A stretch of DNA of 64,000 nt, taken from assembly GCA_018653485.1 (NCBI GenBank), contig JABHZE010000002.1, forward strand, positions 56,294-120,293. The letters are read 5' to 3'. Each line of letters begins with the position of its first letter. Position 1 is the stretch's first letter. Both the position numbers and the translations under genes were made by a program. Below are positions 47,191-55,767 of this stretch, piece by piece. Source of the stretch: an archaeon. Lineage in GTDB: Archaea; Nanobdellota; Nanobdellia; Pacearchaeales; GW2011-AR1. Below the pieces are notes generated by a model, which was not told where the DNA came from, did not search any database, and saw only the letters and a list, made by a program, of their open reading frames with translations.

Positions 47191-48201
47191 ATGGTATCCA
47201 AAGAAGAGCAAGCTAAAAAAACTAGAAAATATATTGCTGCAGGAATAATTGTAATTCTTAGTTTATTTTTAGCATACGCGCTTTATCCATTTATACCAGC
47301 ATTTTTTGGAGCACTAATTTTCTTTGTATTATTAAGACCCATATTCAAATTTCTTAATAGAAAATTAAAATTAAGTAAAACTTCCAGCGCATTAATTGTT
47401 ATAAGCATAGCCCTGATTATATTAATTATAGGAGTTGTTTTTATTATAAATTCAGCAGTTAATGAAACTAAAACCCTTATAGAAAATAGAGAGGTTTTTA
47501 TAAAAAGTATAGAAAAAATAGATGCTCGTTTTCCTCAATTAGACTTTAAAAAATCAATTGTAGAATCATTACCTCAAGTAGTAGAATATACTACAAATTT
47601 ATTACTTGGATTTTTTAAAGGCACAGGCCCCTTTCTCATCAATTTAATTATACTCTGCTTTGCACTTTATTACTTATTTATTGAAGAAGAAATAATAATT
47701 AAAAGATTTTTTCAATTAACTCCATTTAGTCCAAAAAATTCAAAAGAATTAGTAGAAGAGTTTAGAAATGTAACCTACTCTACAATCATTACTACAGGAA
47801 TTATTGCAATACTTCAAGGATTCTTATTAGGTTTAGCATTCTTTATTTTTGGAATTCCTGGGGCTGTTCTTTGGGGATTAATAACCGCAATTATATCATT
47901 TCTTCCAATTATAGGTCCCCCAATAATCTGGGTTCCAGTTGTTGCTTGGCAATTTATAGAAAAAGATTATACTACTGGAATAGGAATACTTATCTTTGGA
48001 GTAATATTATCAACAGCAGATAATTTCCTAAGACCATATATTCAAAGAAGAGTTGGAAGAATGCATCCAATGACCTCCTTAATAGGATTCTTTATGGGAA
48101 TTTCATTCTTTGGATTAATTGGGATAGTTATCGGACCATTATTACTTTCATATTTTGTCTTAATATTAAGAATGTTTAAAGAAGAATATTTAGAGATATA
48201 A
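47191..48201 (+). CDS. AI-2E family transporter (second paralog)
   Basis: IWVPVVAWQF and DNFLRPYIQ motifs with the same topology as the 31744-32793 gene. Confidence 0.7.
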   Translation: MVSKEEQAKKTRKYIAAGIIVILSLFLAYALYPFIPAFFGALIFFVLLRPIFKFLNRKLKLSKTSSALIVISIALIILIIGVVFIINSAVNETKTLIENREVFIKSIEKIDARFPQLDFKKSIVESLPQVVEYTTNLLLGFFKGTGPFLINLIILCFALYYLFIEEEIIIKRFFQLTPFSPKNSKELVEEFRNVTYSTIITTGIIAILQGFLLGLAFFIFGIPGAVLWGLITAIISFLPIIGPPIIWVPVVAWQFIEKDYTTGIGILIFGVILSTADNFLRPYIQRRVGRMHPMTSLIGFFMGISFFGLIGIVIGPLLLSYFVLILRMFKEEYLEI

Positions 48202-48255
48202 TTAATAATAAAAATAGTTTTAATAATCCCTTCAATTTCTAATTAAAAATTAATC

Positions 48256-48630
48256 TTAACTTAAAACTAACATTATTTGATTACCTATTTGATCTGCTAA
48301 GTTATCAACTCCAGCCCTAGAAGAATCAACAGTTCCACCTACAGTACTAAAAACAATGAGAATCGCAAGAATCATTAAAACTCCTAAGAGGATTATAATA
48401 ATACTCAAAATCAATCCAATAATAGCAAGAATAGTTTTTTGTTTTCTTAATTGAATTATACAAAAAATTAATCCCAATATTCCTAAAATTAAACCAATAT
48501 ACAATGAAAAAATTAAACCAATGATTGCTAACAAAGATAAGATAAATCCAATTATTCCAATAATCTTACTAGGTTTAGTTACTTCATTTTGAGTTTGCAT
48601 CTGAACATTATTTTTATTATTCATTTCCAT
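48256..48630 (-). CDS. small membrane protein, hypothetical
   Basis: Three hydrophobic segments with an Ile/Leu/Gly-rich composition. Confidence 0.35.
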   Translation of the reverse strand: MEMNNKNNVQMQTQNEVTKPSKIIGIIGFILSLLAIIGLIFSLYIGLILGILGLIFCIIQLRKQKTILAIIGLILSIIIILLGVLMILAILIVFSTVGGTVDSSRAGVDNLADQIGNQIMLVLS

Positions 48631-48631
48631 T

Positions 48632-49069
48632 TTAATCCTTAAAAAAGTTAACCATTCTATCCCACAAACTTAAACTTGCAATTTCTTCAATAACTTCACC
48701 CTCATCAATATCTAAAACAGGGATAGGGGGAGCAGTAGGAATAACTCCAGAAGCTTCAACACACCTTCCACTTTCACAACCTAATTCACATTCAACATAT
48801 TTAACATTATAACTATTTTGAGATAAACAATAATATTCTTTTAATCTAGTTTCAGTAAGGCATTCATCACTTCCTTTTTCAACATCCCCCATTAAAACAG
48901 TTCCAAAATTAAAATAATCTATTCTATCATCACTTTCATAACAAATAAATTTATCATTACTAATATTTTTAACAACATTTCCAATAACTCCTACAAGTTT
49001 TGGAACCAAAAGTATCAAAAGTATTGTAATCAAAATCAATAAGGCAACAACCCACCATCTCTTTTTCAT
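48632..49069 (-). CDS. secreted/membrane-anchored Cys-rich small protein
   Basis: N-terminal TM/signal anchor, then about 10 Cys (CYESDD...CLTE...YYCLSQ...ECELGCESGRC). Confidence 0.35.
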   Translation of the reverse strand: MKKRWWVVALLILITILLILLVPKLVGVIGNVVKNISNDKFICYESDDRIDYFNFGTVLMGDVEKGSDECLTETRLKEYYCLSQNSYNVKYVECELGCESGRCVEASGVIPTAPPIPVLDIDEGEVIEEIASLSLWDRMVNFFKD

Positions 49070-49121
49070 ATCTATCCCAATAATCTAGATTATATAAATA
49101 TTGGGATTAGAGAACCAATAA

Positions 49122-49370
49122 TTATCCCCCAAACCACCCCACCTTTTCCCCCTTAGGTAATTTCTTAACAAAACATTCTTTTTTAGAAGCATCAGATCTA
49201 TCCTTACAAACTTTTGTAGCAATTAAACATCCAAACCCCTTCACCTTAACATATTTGCTTCCCTTCCCAGAAGCATGAGCTTTCATTCTATTTTCAATAT
49301 CATTAGTAATACCAGTATAATAAGAACCATCAAGACATTGAAGAATATATACAACCCAGTTTTTTTCCAT
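49122..49370 (-). CDS. GIY-YIG nuclease superfamily protein (UPF0213/YhbQ-like)
   Basis: WVVYILQCLDGSYYTGITNDIENRMKAHASGKG matches the GIY-YIG motif at the usual ~80-aa size. Confidence 0.6.
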   Translation of the reverse strand: MEKNWVVYILQCLDGSYYTGITNDIENRMKAHASGKGSKYVKVKGFGCLIATKVCKDRSDASKKECFVKKLPKGEKVGWFGG

Positions 49371-49439
49371 TTTATAATTAATTATAATTTAGAAATTATT
49401 TAAATGTTTTAGAAAATCAATTAAAATCTTTAATAAATT

Positions 49440-49751
49440 TTAATTTCTTCTAAGGAAATGTGCTAAAACTACTGAGCGATCAATTGCCCTTAAGGCTTCA
49501 GGAATATTATTTAAAGAATTTAGAGTACAACTAGCTCTTATAATACGGCCTCCAGCCTCCCTATTAATTCCTAAATAAACTCTATCAATTGGATTTCTTG
49601 TAGTTTGAATTCCTGTGGCTTGAATCATTTCCTCAGAATCCATTGGATATAAAAAAGTTCCATAATCTCCACCATCTCTATCATGATGTACCACTGCTGC
49701 TAATTTTCCTCTGAATCTTTCTTCAATCTCTCCCATTAAATAAGTTATCAT
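49440..49751 (-). CDS. hypothetical protein (103 aa)
   Basis: ORF with higher GC than its surroundings. No family is recognised. Confidence 0.3.
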   Translation of the reverse strand: MITYLMGEIEERFRGKLAAVVHHDRDGGDYGTFLYPMDSEEMIQATGIQTTRNPIDRVYLGINREAGGRIIRASCTLNSLNNIPEALRAIDRSVVLAHFLRRN

Positions 49752-49933
49752 TTTGTTTAAAATTAAATAGTTAGATGGTTTTTAAGGATTTGTATAATTA
49801 AAAAATATTTTAGAAAAACGCCCCGACCCTACTCACAATCACATTTTTGAAAATAATTGTATTTAGGGATTAAAAATGTAATTGCTCAACCGAACCGGAA
49901 ACCGGGTTAGATTCCTATTAGAATTTTTAAAAA

Positions 49934-50014
49934 CGCCCCGACCCGGAATCGAACCGGGAAGCCCAAAAGAGCACTGGTCTCAAGCCAGTTGGAGTACCAT
50001 TGTCCCATCGAGGC
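49934..50014 (-). tRNA. tRNA-Ser (anticodon UGA) with long variable arm
   Basis: Hand-folded. It has a 7-bp acceptor stem (one G-U), 3-bp D-stem, anticodon stem ACTGG/CCAGT with loop CTTGAGA, a 14-nt variable arm, T-arm CCCGG-TTCGATT-CCGGG and discriminator G. No CCA is encoded. Confidence 0.7.
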
Positions 50015-50093
50015 GTATGTTTATGCTATTATCAAGCATAATAGAACCTATAACTTCTAGCTTTTAAACTTTTTCTTTAGAGAAAATTCAATC

Positions 50094-50464
50094 TCACCAC
50101 CTTATCTTCTTAATCCTTCTACCTTTTATCTTCCTAGGTGCAGGAGAATCAGGTCTTCCGCAATGAAGTTGGGTAAACCTTTCTTGCTCAACATATTTTT
50201 TTGATTCTGGACCATAAACAACAATTTTTTCAATCTTATAATGAGGATCAGAAGGATCAACTAAAATAAATAAAAATCCTAACTCACCATGATAGTCCTC
50301 GCCCAATTCATTTCTCTTAAAAAACAAACATCTTCTAAAATATATCCTCTTCTGATTTTTTCTTGCAATTCCTCAAAACCTTCATCACAATGAGGCAATC
50401 CTCCATTAACCCTTTTCAACAAATCTGAGGTATTCACTCTCTCTTGCATAATAAATAATAACAC
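50094..50464 (-). pseudogene. frameshifted small gene (two overlapping ORFs joinable by +1 T at an A6/T6 homopolymer, 50319-50324)
   Basis: ORF 50279-50464 and ORF 50094-50327 are in adjacent frames. Inserting one T in the T6 run gives a continuous product of about 121 aa. Confidence 0.35.
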
Positions 50465-50567
50465 TCAAACATTAAAAACTTATCTCTTAACAAATAATCT
50501 CCAACCAAAACTATATTTGGCACAAAAATAAACTCCTAACTAAAGTTAGGTTTGTCTCTATTGATTT

Positions 50568-50606
50568 AAAAAAAGGCCTTAACAAGGTTAAGACCTATTA
50601 AAAAAA
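50568..50606 (-). terminator. hairpin flanked by oligo-T (minus-strand sense) downstream of the P1 stalk-protein gene
   Basis: GGCCTTAAC-AAG-GTTAAGACC stem-loop (8/9 bp) is bracketed by A7/A6 runs on the plus strand, which read as T-runs for the minus-strand transcript. Confidence 0.4.
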
Positions 50607-50608
50607 GT

Positions 50609-50902
50609 TTAACCAAATAGAGAACTTAGACCTTCTGCAGCTGCTTCTTTCTTTTCCTCTTTAGGTTCTTCAGCAGCAGGTTTTGCTTCTGCTGATTCTC
50701 CAGCTGGAGCCGCACTAGCACTTGCAACAACTGCATTTGCTAACTCAGCATCTATGTCTACATCTTTTAGGCTAGCAATTAAGCTTTTAACCTTGCTGTC
50801 ATCTATATCTGCACCTGTAGCTTTAAGAACACTCATTAGGTTCTCTTCACTAACTTCTTTTCCAAGCTTGTGCAATAATAGAGCTGCATAAACATATTCC
50901 AT
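50609..50902 (-). CDS. rpl12: 50S ribosomal stalk protein P1 (aP1/L12e)
   Basis: MEYVYAALLLHKLGKEVSEENL... N-terminal dimerisation helix. The Ala/Glu-rich linker ends in GLSSLFG. Confidence 0.8.
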   Translation of the reverse strand: MEYVYAALLLHKLGKEVSEENLMSVLKATGADIDDSKVKSLIASLKDVDIDAELANAVVASASAAPAGESAEAKPAAEEPKEEKKEAAAEGLSSLFG

Positions 50903-51162
50903 TATTCTTTATCCTCCGGTTGATTTAATTTAAATGTGTATTCAAATGGATATTTAGATTTTCTACCTAATAAATCCATATCATCTAATGCTACCTTTCT
51001 CTCTTCAGAATCTCCCATTAAATATCTATCTATTGCATTTCTATACAATTCTGATTGGATATCTTGTTTTCTCTCTTCAGAATCTCCAGATTGATGAGCC
51101 AATTCTATTAAATCCCATAATTCACTTTCTCTTACTTTTATTTGAAATAATGCATTATTCAT
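50902..51162 (-). CDS. hypothetical small protein (86 aa) between uL10 and P1
   Basis: Trimmed to MNNALFQIK.... It has an internal GDSEERK duplication, and the upstream part of the long ORF is the alternate frame of the uL10 tail. Confidence 0.4.
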   Translation of the reverse strand: MNNALFQIKVRESELWDLIELAHQSGDSEERKQDIQSELYRNAIDRYLMGDSEERKVALDDMDLLGRKSKYPFEYTFKLNQPEDKE

Positions 51163-52204
51163 TTTTCTCTTCCTCCTTAACTTCTTCAGAATCATTTTCC
51201 GAATCTTTAGACTCATTAGAATCTGAAATAATTTCTTTTTCCTCTTTAACTTCTTCAGAAGCATTACTTGAATCTTCAGCACTTTCTTCTTTAACTTCTT
51301 CAGCATCTTTTGAATCTTCAACACTTTCTTCTTTAACCTCTTCAACAGGTTGAAGTTTACTCAATCCTTCCCCTTCCATATTAGCTTTAGCTAATAAATA
51401 ACCAATTGTTTCTTTACAATAATAAGCAATCTTTTGTGCAAATCCAAGTGACTTTCCAGCAGCACTTGCTAATTCCATTGCAACTTCTTCAGGATTAATT
51501 TTAATATTAGTATAAATCTTTTCAGTTTCAACATCATAAACAGCAACAGGTTCTAGTCCAATTGTCATTGGTTGAATATTTAATTTTTGTAATAATGATG
51601 CTACTTCTCCACTAATAACTCCACCTTCTGTTACAACAACCTTAGGAGCTTTAATTGCAATCTTTCCATCTTCTACAGCAATTTGAATTCCTAATGCACC
51701 TAATTCTGAAATTGCAGGTCCTGGAACTAAATCTGTGGGCCCATCTTGAACTTCAATATCATCAGGAGCAATTTGACCTGCCTTTGCAAAAACAGGTGTT
51801 TTCTTTTTATTCATTAATCCTGCTAATTCAAATCCATCAATATTTGAAAGAACAAATGCACAATTTTCTTTAATATGACTTTCTAATTCTTTAGCAGATT
51901 CTTTACCTAATCCTTCAAGAGTTCTAAGCATTATATTTTTCTTTGCAACCTTAACATCTGCAGAATCTCTAATCGCCTTTTTAATATCTTGAAATTGTTT
52001 AGAAGGCACTCCTTTAATTGAAACTATCATTAAGGTTTTTGAGCTTTGAATTTTATTAACAAGCTCTGTAACTTGTTTTGCCTTAATAGGTGACTTTGAA
52101 GGATTACTATTTCTGGAAGAAATCGCATCAAAGTCAGTCTTAGAGAATTTTGAGTCTTCTGTCTTTTCAAAATTCTCTATAGGATTATTAGTCTTCTCTG
52201 CCAT
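51155..52204 (-). CDS. rpl10: 50S ribosomal protein uL10 (P0) with extended acidic C-terminal tail
   Basis: P0 N-domain in the expected operon position after uL1. The C-terminus repeats EEVKEES.EDS acidic units. Confidence 0.8.
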   Translation of the reverse strand: MAEKTNNPIENFEKTEDSKFSKTDFDAISSRNSNPSKSPIKAKQVTELVNKIQSSKTLMIVSIKGVPSKQFQDIKKAIRDSADVKVAKKNIMLRTLEGLGKESAKELESHIKENCAFVLSNIDGFELAGLMNKKKTPVFAKAGQIAPDDIEVQDGPTDLVPGPAISELGALGIQIAVEDGKIAIKAPKVVVTEGGVISGEVASLLQKLNIQPMTIGLEPVAVYDVETEKIYTNIKINPEEVAMELASAAGKSLGFAQKIAYYCKETIGYLLAKANMEGEGLSKLQPVEEVKEESVEDSKDAEEVKEESAEDSSNASEEVKEEKEIISDSNESKDSENDSEEVKEEEKNE

Positions 52205-52205
52205 T

Positions 52206-52841
52206 TTAAATCTCCGTTTTAATAGGCTTACTCATTGTAAATTTAATTTTAACATTTCGAATATTATCTTGTTTTCTAGGAAGATTTTCCAAAATTTTAT
52301 GATAAACAGTTAAAGCATTTTCTACAATTTCTTCATCACTAAGATCTTCTTTTCCAATAGGAATTTTAATACTTGGTTCTTTCACCCTTACTCTAACTGT
52401 TAAATTAATTTTTTCAATTAATTTTTTCATAACAGCTTCTTCTTCATTTGGAACAATTCCTAGCTGAGGTGAAGGCATTTTTCCAACAGGCCCTAAAACT
52501 CTACCAAAAGCTGTTGCAACAGTTGGCATTAATTTAGCATTTGCAATAAAAAAATCATATTCCTTTATTAATTTTTTAATATCCTTTTTTTCCTTATATT
52601 TTGGAAATTCTTCTTTTTTAATAGTATTAACTAGAGTAGAATCTTTTTCAAGAAATCCAGTTATTTTTTTCTCCTTAGCTTTATGAGGTAATTGTATAAA
52701 AATATTAAATGCTTCCCTTCTAACATCAAAATCTTTTAGATTAATAATTAAGTCTACTGTCTGATTAAAATTTCTTTTCTTCTCAGTACTTACTTCTCTA
52801 AGTTTTTTTACAGCTTCTAATAATTTTGTTTCTTCACTCAT
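52206..52841 (-). CDS. rpl1: 50S ribosomal protein uL1
   Basis: MSEETKLLEAVKKLREVSTEKKRNFNQTVDLIINLKDFD is a typical uL1 N-terminus at 211 aa. Confidence 0.8.
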   Translation of the reverse strand: MSEETKLLEAVKKLREVSTEKKRNFNQTVDLIINLKDFDVRREAFNIFIQLPHKAKEKKITGFLEKDSTLVNTIKKEEFPKYKEKKDIKKLIKEYDFFIANAKLMPTVATAFGRVLGPVGKMPSPQLGIVPNEEEAVMKKLIEKINLTVRVRVKEPSIKIPIGKEDLSDEEIVENALTVYHKILENLPRKQDNIRNVKIKFTMSKPIKTEI

Positions 52842-53130
52842 TCTAATTTACCTCCTACCTATGCACTCAAACCATAGAACATTATGTCTGAATGATGTAG
52901 TTATTGGTAGTTTTATGATTCAATTAGGGTTTAAAAGCCTTTCGGCTTTTAATTTTTTTAATAATATTCATCAGAATATAAAACCCATCTCATTTTTTTC
53001 TAAAAAATATTTTTTAAAATAAAAAATCTATTTTCCAATATATATTTTAGTAAAGAAAGATTTAAATAGAATGTTTGCAATATACTTTTATAAAAATATA
53101 ATTTCAAAAAGGAAAAAGGAGGTTACAAAC

Positions 53131-53340
53131 ATGAAAAAACCAAAGACACCAAAACAATTTGCTGCTAAGATTAAATCTTTGAAGAAAGAGATAACAAAGC
53201 TTGAAAAAGCTAAGAAGGCTGCAGCAAAGGCAAAAAAGGTAGTTAAGAAAAAACCGGCTAAAAAGAAAAAAGCAGCAAAGAAAAAACCGGCTAAAAAGAA
53301 GAAACCTGCTAAGAAAAAAGCTAAGAAGAAAAAAAGATAA
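53131..53340 (+). CDS. small highly basic K/A/P-repeat protein (histone H1-tail-like, possible nucleoid-associated protein)
   Basis: Trimmed to MKKPKTPKQFAAKIKSLKK...(KKKPAKKKK)n, preceded by a strong SD (aaaggaggt). AKKAAAKAKK/PAKKKK repeats fill the C-terminal two-thirds. Confidence 0.5.
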   Translation: MKKPKTPKQFAAKIKSLKKEITKLEKAKKAAAKAKKVVKKKPAKKKKAAKKKPAKKKKPAKKKAKKKKR

Positions 53341-53413
53341 TTTTTCCTTTAATTTTTTATTCTTTTTTTTATTTTATACAAATTCATAATTCTCACTAGA
53401 AAAAACTTACAAA

Positions 53414-53893
53414 TCAGATATTTTCTAACTCACTCAAATATTCTTTTATTCTTTCAATTGTTTGAGGAATAATAAATTTTTCAAAATTATTTTCAAAAAT
53501 TTCTCTTAATGAAGAATGTTCAGAAAGATAATATCTATTACCTTCTTTATTGATAAGCATATTGTCACTTAATCTTTTTAATTGTCTTCTAATATTTGAT
53601 TCAGCTAAACCTCTTGAATCTAAACTATATTGTTTTCTTAATTTTTCTACATTATTTGATATCTCATCTTTAGATAATCTTTTTTTATCTTTATTAGCAT
53701 CATTCAAAACAAGCAAGATATCCACAACAACATCTCTTGAATCTCCTAATTGCAATAAACCTAATGATAAGCAAACTTTTCTAACCAATTCTCTTTTCTC
53801 TAATCCAATTGGCTTTTCATATTTTCTTAAAGTAACTTCAGATAATGGTAAATCTTTCATATGCCTAAGACAACTACGTTTTCTTTGGCGCAA
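53414..53893 (-). CDS. putative winged-helix DNA-binding protein
   Basis: The C-terminal half (ESNIRRQLKRLSDNMLINKEGNRYYL) resembles a wHTH recognition helix plus wing. The call is weak. Confidence 0.35.
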   Translation of the reverse strand: MRQRKRSCLRHMKDLPLSEVTLRKYEKPIGLEKRELVRKVCLSLGLLQLGDSRDVVVDILLVLNDANKDKKRLSKDEISNNVEKLRKQYSLDSRGLAESNIRRQLKRLSDNMLINKEGNRYYLSEHSSLREIFENNFEKFIIPQTIERIKEYLSELENI

Positions 53894-54008
53894 CTTTCCT
53901 TAAGAAAGCTACTTTGTAGTTTGTATGTTCCTCCTTTTTTCCCATATAACACCTTTATATTTATTTAACCACATATAAGCTTATAAATTTACTCACTTTA
54001 ATCAAGTC

Positions 54009-54356
54009 ATGGAATTAATAGCATTAGTAAGTTCAGGAAAAGGAACTTGGGGACAAGTTGCAGGAGTAATCAATAGAGGAGATTGGGAAACCATAACATT
54101 AGTAGGAAATGATTTTGCAAAAAAATTTACAACAGAAAAAGATTTTGAATTTATTGAAACAACAACTTCCTCAATCACTGATTTAAAAGATGAAATCATG
54201 AAAAAGCTTAAAGGAAAAATTAAAGGAACAGAAGTAGCATTATCAATAGCATCAGGTGATGGAAGAGAACACATGGCCTTAATTTCTGCACTTCTAAGTC
54301 TCCCTGTTGGAATAAGATTTACAGTTTTAACAAAAGACGGAATAATTTTTATGTAA
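54009..54356 (+). CDS. hypothetical protein (115 aa), Rossmann-like
   Basis: beta1-Gly-rich loop pattern (LIALVSSGKGTWGQV). No firm family is recognised. Confidence 0.35.
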   Translation: MELIALVSSGKGTWGQVAGVINRGDWETITLVGNDFAKKFTTEKDFEFIETTTSSITDLKDEIMKKLKGKIKGTEVALSIASGDGREHMALISALLSLPVGIRFTVLTKDGIIFM

Positions 54357-54357
54357 A

Positions 54358-54678
54358 ATGGATGAATTAGGTTTTGCTATTAGTATTGCTGATGAACATG
54401 GTATTAATTCAACAGATGAATTCGCACTGTTATTAGAAAAAACACTTCAATCTCCTAGGTATGATGGTTTTAGGCATTTTGATCCCATTGAAGATACAGA
54501 TGATTTTCAAAGTGATCTTGATGAAGTTATAATAAAAACTCCTTCTGGGGCAAGATTATCTAAACAAGATATTGCAGATAGATTAGTTCATCTCGAAGCA
54601 GGAAATCCTCAGCAAGTAGAGGCTGTTAAGGCTTGGGAATATTTAATGGCATACACTTGTAGATACAGAGGATTTTAA
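54358..54678 (+). CDS. hypothetical acidic protein (106 aa)
   Basis: ORF starts 2 nt after the previous stop. It is acidic and less K-rich than the local average. Confidence 0.35.
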   Translation: MDELGFAISIADEHGINSTDEFALLLEKTLQSPRYDGFRHFDPIEDTDDFQSDLDEVIIKTPSGARLSKQDIADRLVHLEAGNPQQVEAVKAWEYLMAYTCRYRGF

Positions 54679-55640
54679 ATTTTCTGAATCTTCATCTTAT
54701 CCTTATCCTTCCCAATTAAAACAACCCTAGAAAATTCATGATCATCTAAAATTTTATAACCTTCTGATTTTAAACAATCAACAATCTTTTCAGCATATTC
54801 TTTTATCTCCTCAAAATTAGGCATTTCTTCATAACCCATTCTTTCTCTAGCATAACCAACACTCATATACCCTTTAACCTCAATAAAATCAGGTGATGCT
54901 TTCTTAATCATTTTACAATATTCATCTAATTGACTATCAAGCATATTCCTTCCTTTAACAAGAGTCATACGAATAACTTTCCGAGTTTTCAATTCAGAAA
55001 ACAACTCTAAACTTTCATTAAACTTTTTCCAAGCATCTTTAACACTACTTCTATGCCATTTTAAAAATAATTCTTCATTAGGAGCATTCATAGAAAGATA
55101 TAACTGAGTAGGCAAATTTCCATCATTACTTAATTTTTTTAGAACTTCTGGAGATAAACCATTTGTAACTACAAAACTTGTCTTACCTAATTTTCTTAAT
55201 TCATTAATAAATTCACCAAGTTTAGGATAAAGTGTTGGTTCTCCTGTTAAACTAATTGCAAATTGCATAGGTTCTTGAGCTTCTTCAAACTTTTTTAAAT
55301 TAGTCTTAGAATTACCCTTAAAACCTTCAATTAATTTTCTTTGAGCTAAAATACTTTCATTAATAATTTTTTGAGGATTATCAAAATTATCCAATTTTGG
55401 TTCTTCAGTATAATTTAAATCCCTCCAACAATGAATACATTTATTTTGGCAATTAAATAAAGTACAAGAAATTTGAGCACAAAGATGACTTTTAATTCCA
55501 TAAAATTTTTCCTTATAACAAACTCCTTTATCTGTTAAGGATTTTTTTGTCCAGTTACAGATTTTAACAGCACTGTTATTTCCAACTACTCTATACCCTT
55601 GTTTTTCTAAATTCTTTTTAGCTTTTTCTTTATTTATCAT
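54675..55640 (-). CDS. taw1: tRNA 4-demethylwyosine synthase Taw1 (TYW1-type radical SAM)
   Basis: CQNKCIHCWRD matches the TYW1/Taw1 CxNKCxxCWR radical SAM cluster motif. Length is 321 aa. Confidence 0.65.
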   Translation of the reverse strand: MINKEKAKKNLEKQGYRVVGNNSAVKICNWTKKSLTDKGVCYKEKFYGIKSHLCAQISCTLFNCQNKCIHCWRDLNYTEEPKLDNFDNPQKIINESILAQRKLIEGFKGNSKTNLKKFEEAQEPMQFAISLTGEPTLYPKLGEFINELRKLGKTSFVVTNGLSPEVLKKLSNDGNLPTQLYLSMNAPNEELFLKWHRSSVKDAWKKFNESLELFSELKTRKVIRMTLVKGRNMLDSQLDEYCKMIKKASPDFIEVKGYMSVGYARERMGYEEMPNFEEIKEYAEKIVDCLKSEGYKILDDHEFSRVVLIGKDKDKMKIQKI

Positions 55641-55767
55641 TTTTAATAATTATTCTATTTACTTTAATTAATTTTTCAGGTAACATAAATAAGCAAGAAA
55701 TAAGCCATTTAAAAAATCATTGTTTTCCAATACAAATCATTATAAACTAATTTAACAAATAAAATTC

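Noticed and set aside
49876-49925. tRNA-like fragment (gctcaaccgaaccggaaaccgggttagattcc) just beside tRNA-Ser.
   Set aside because: It has only a T-arm-like palindrome and cannot be folded into a full cloverleaf. It is possibly a degenerate remnant and is not called as a gene.
50988-51353. 121-aa plus-strand ORF and the 5' part of the 147-aa minus ORF over the uL10 tail.
   Set aside because: Both are alternate-frame readings of the repetitive acidic tail-coding region of uL10. Only the 86-aa downstream portion (50902-51162) is independent of uL10.
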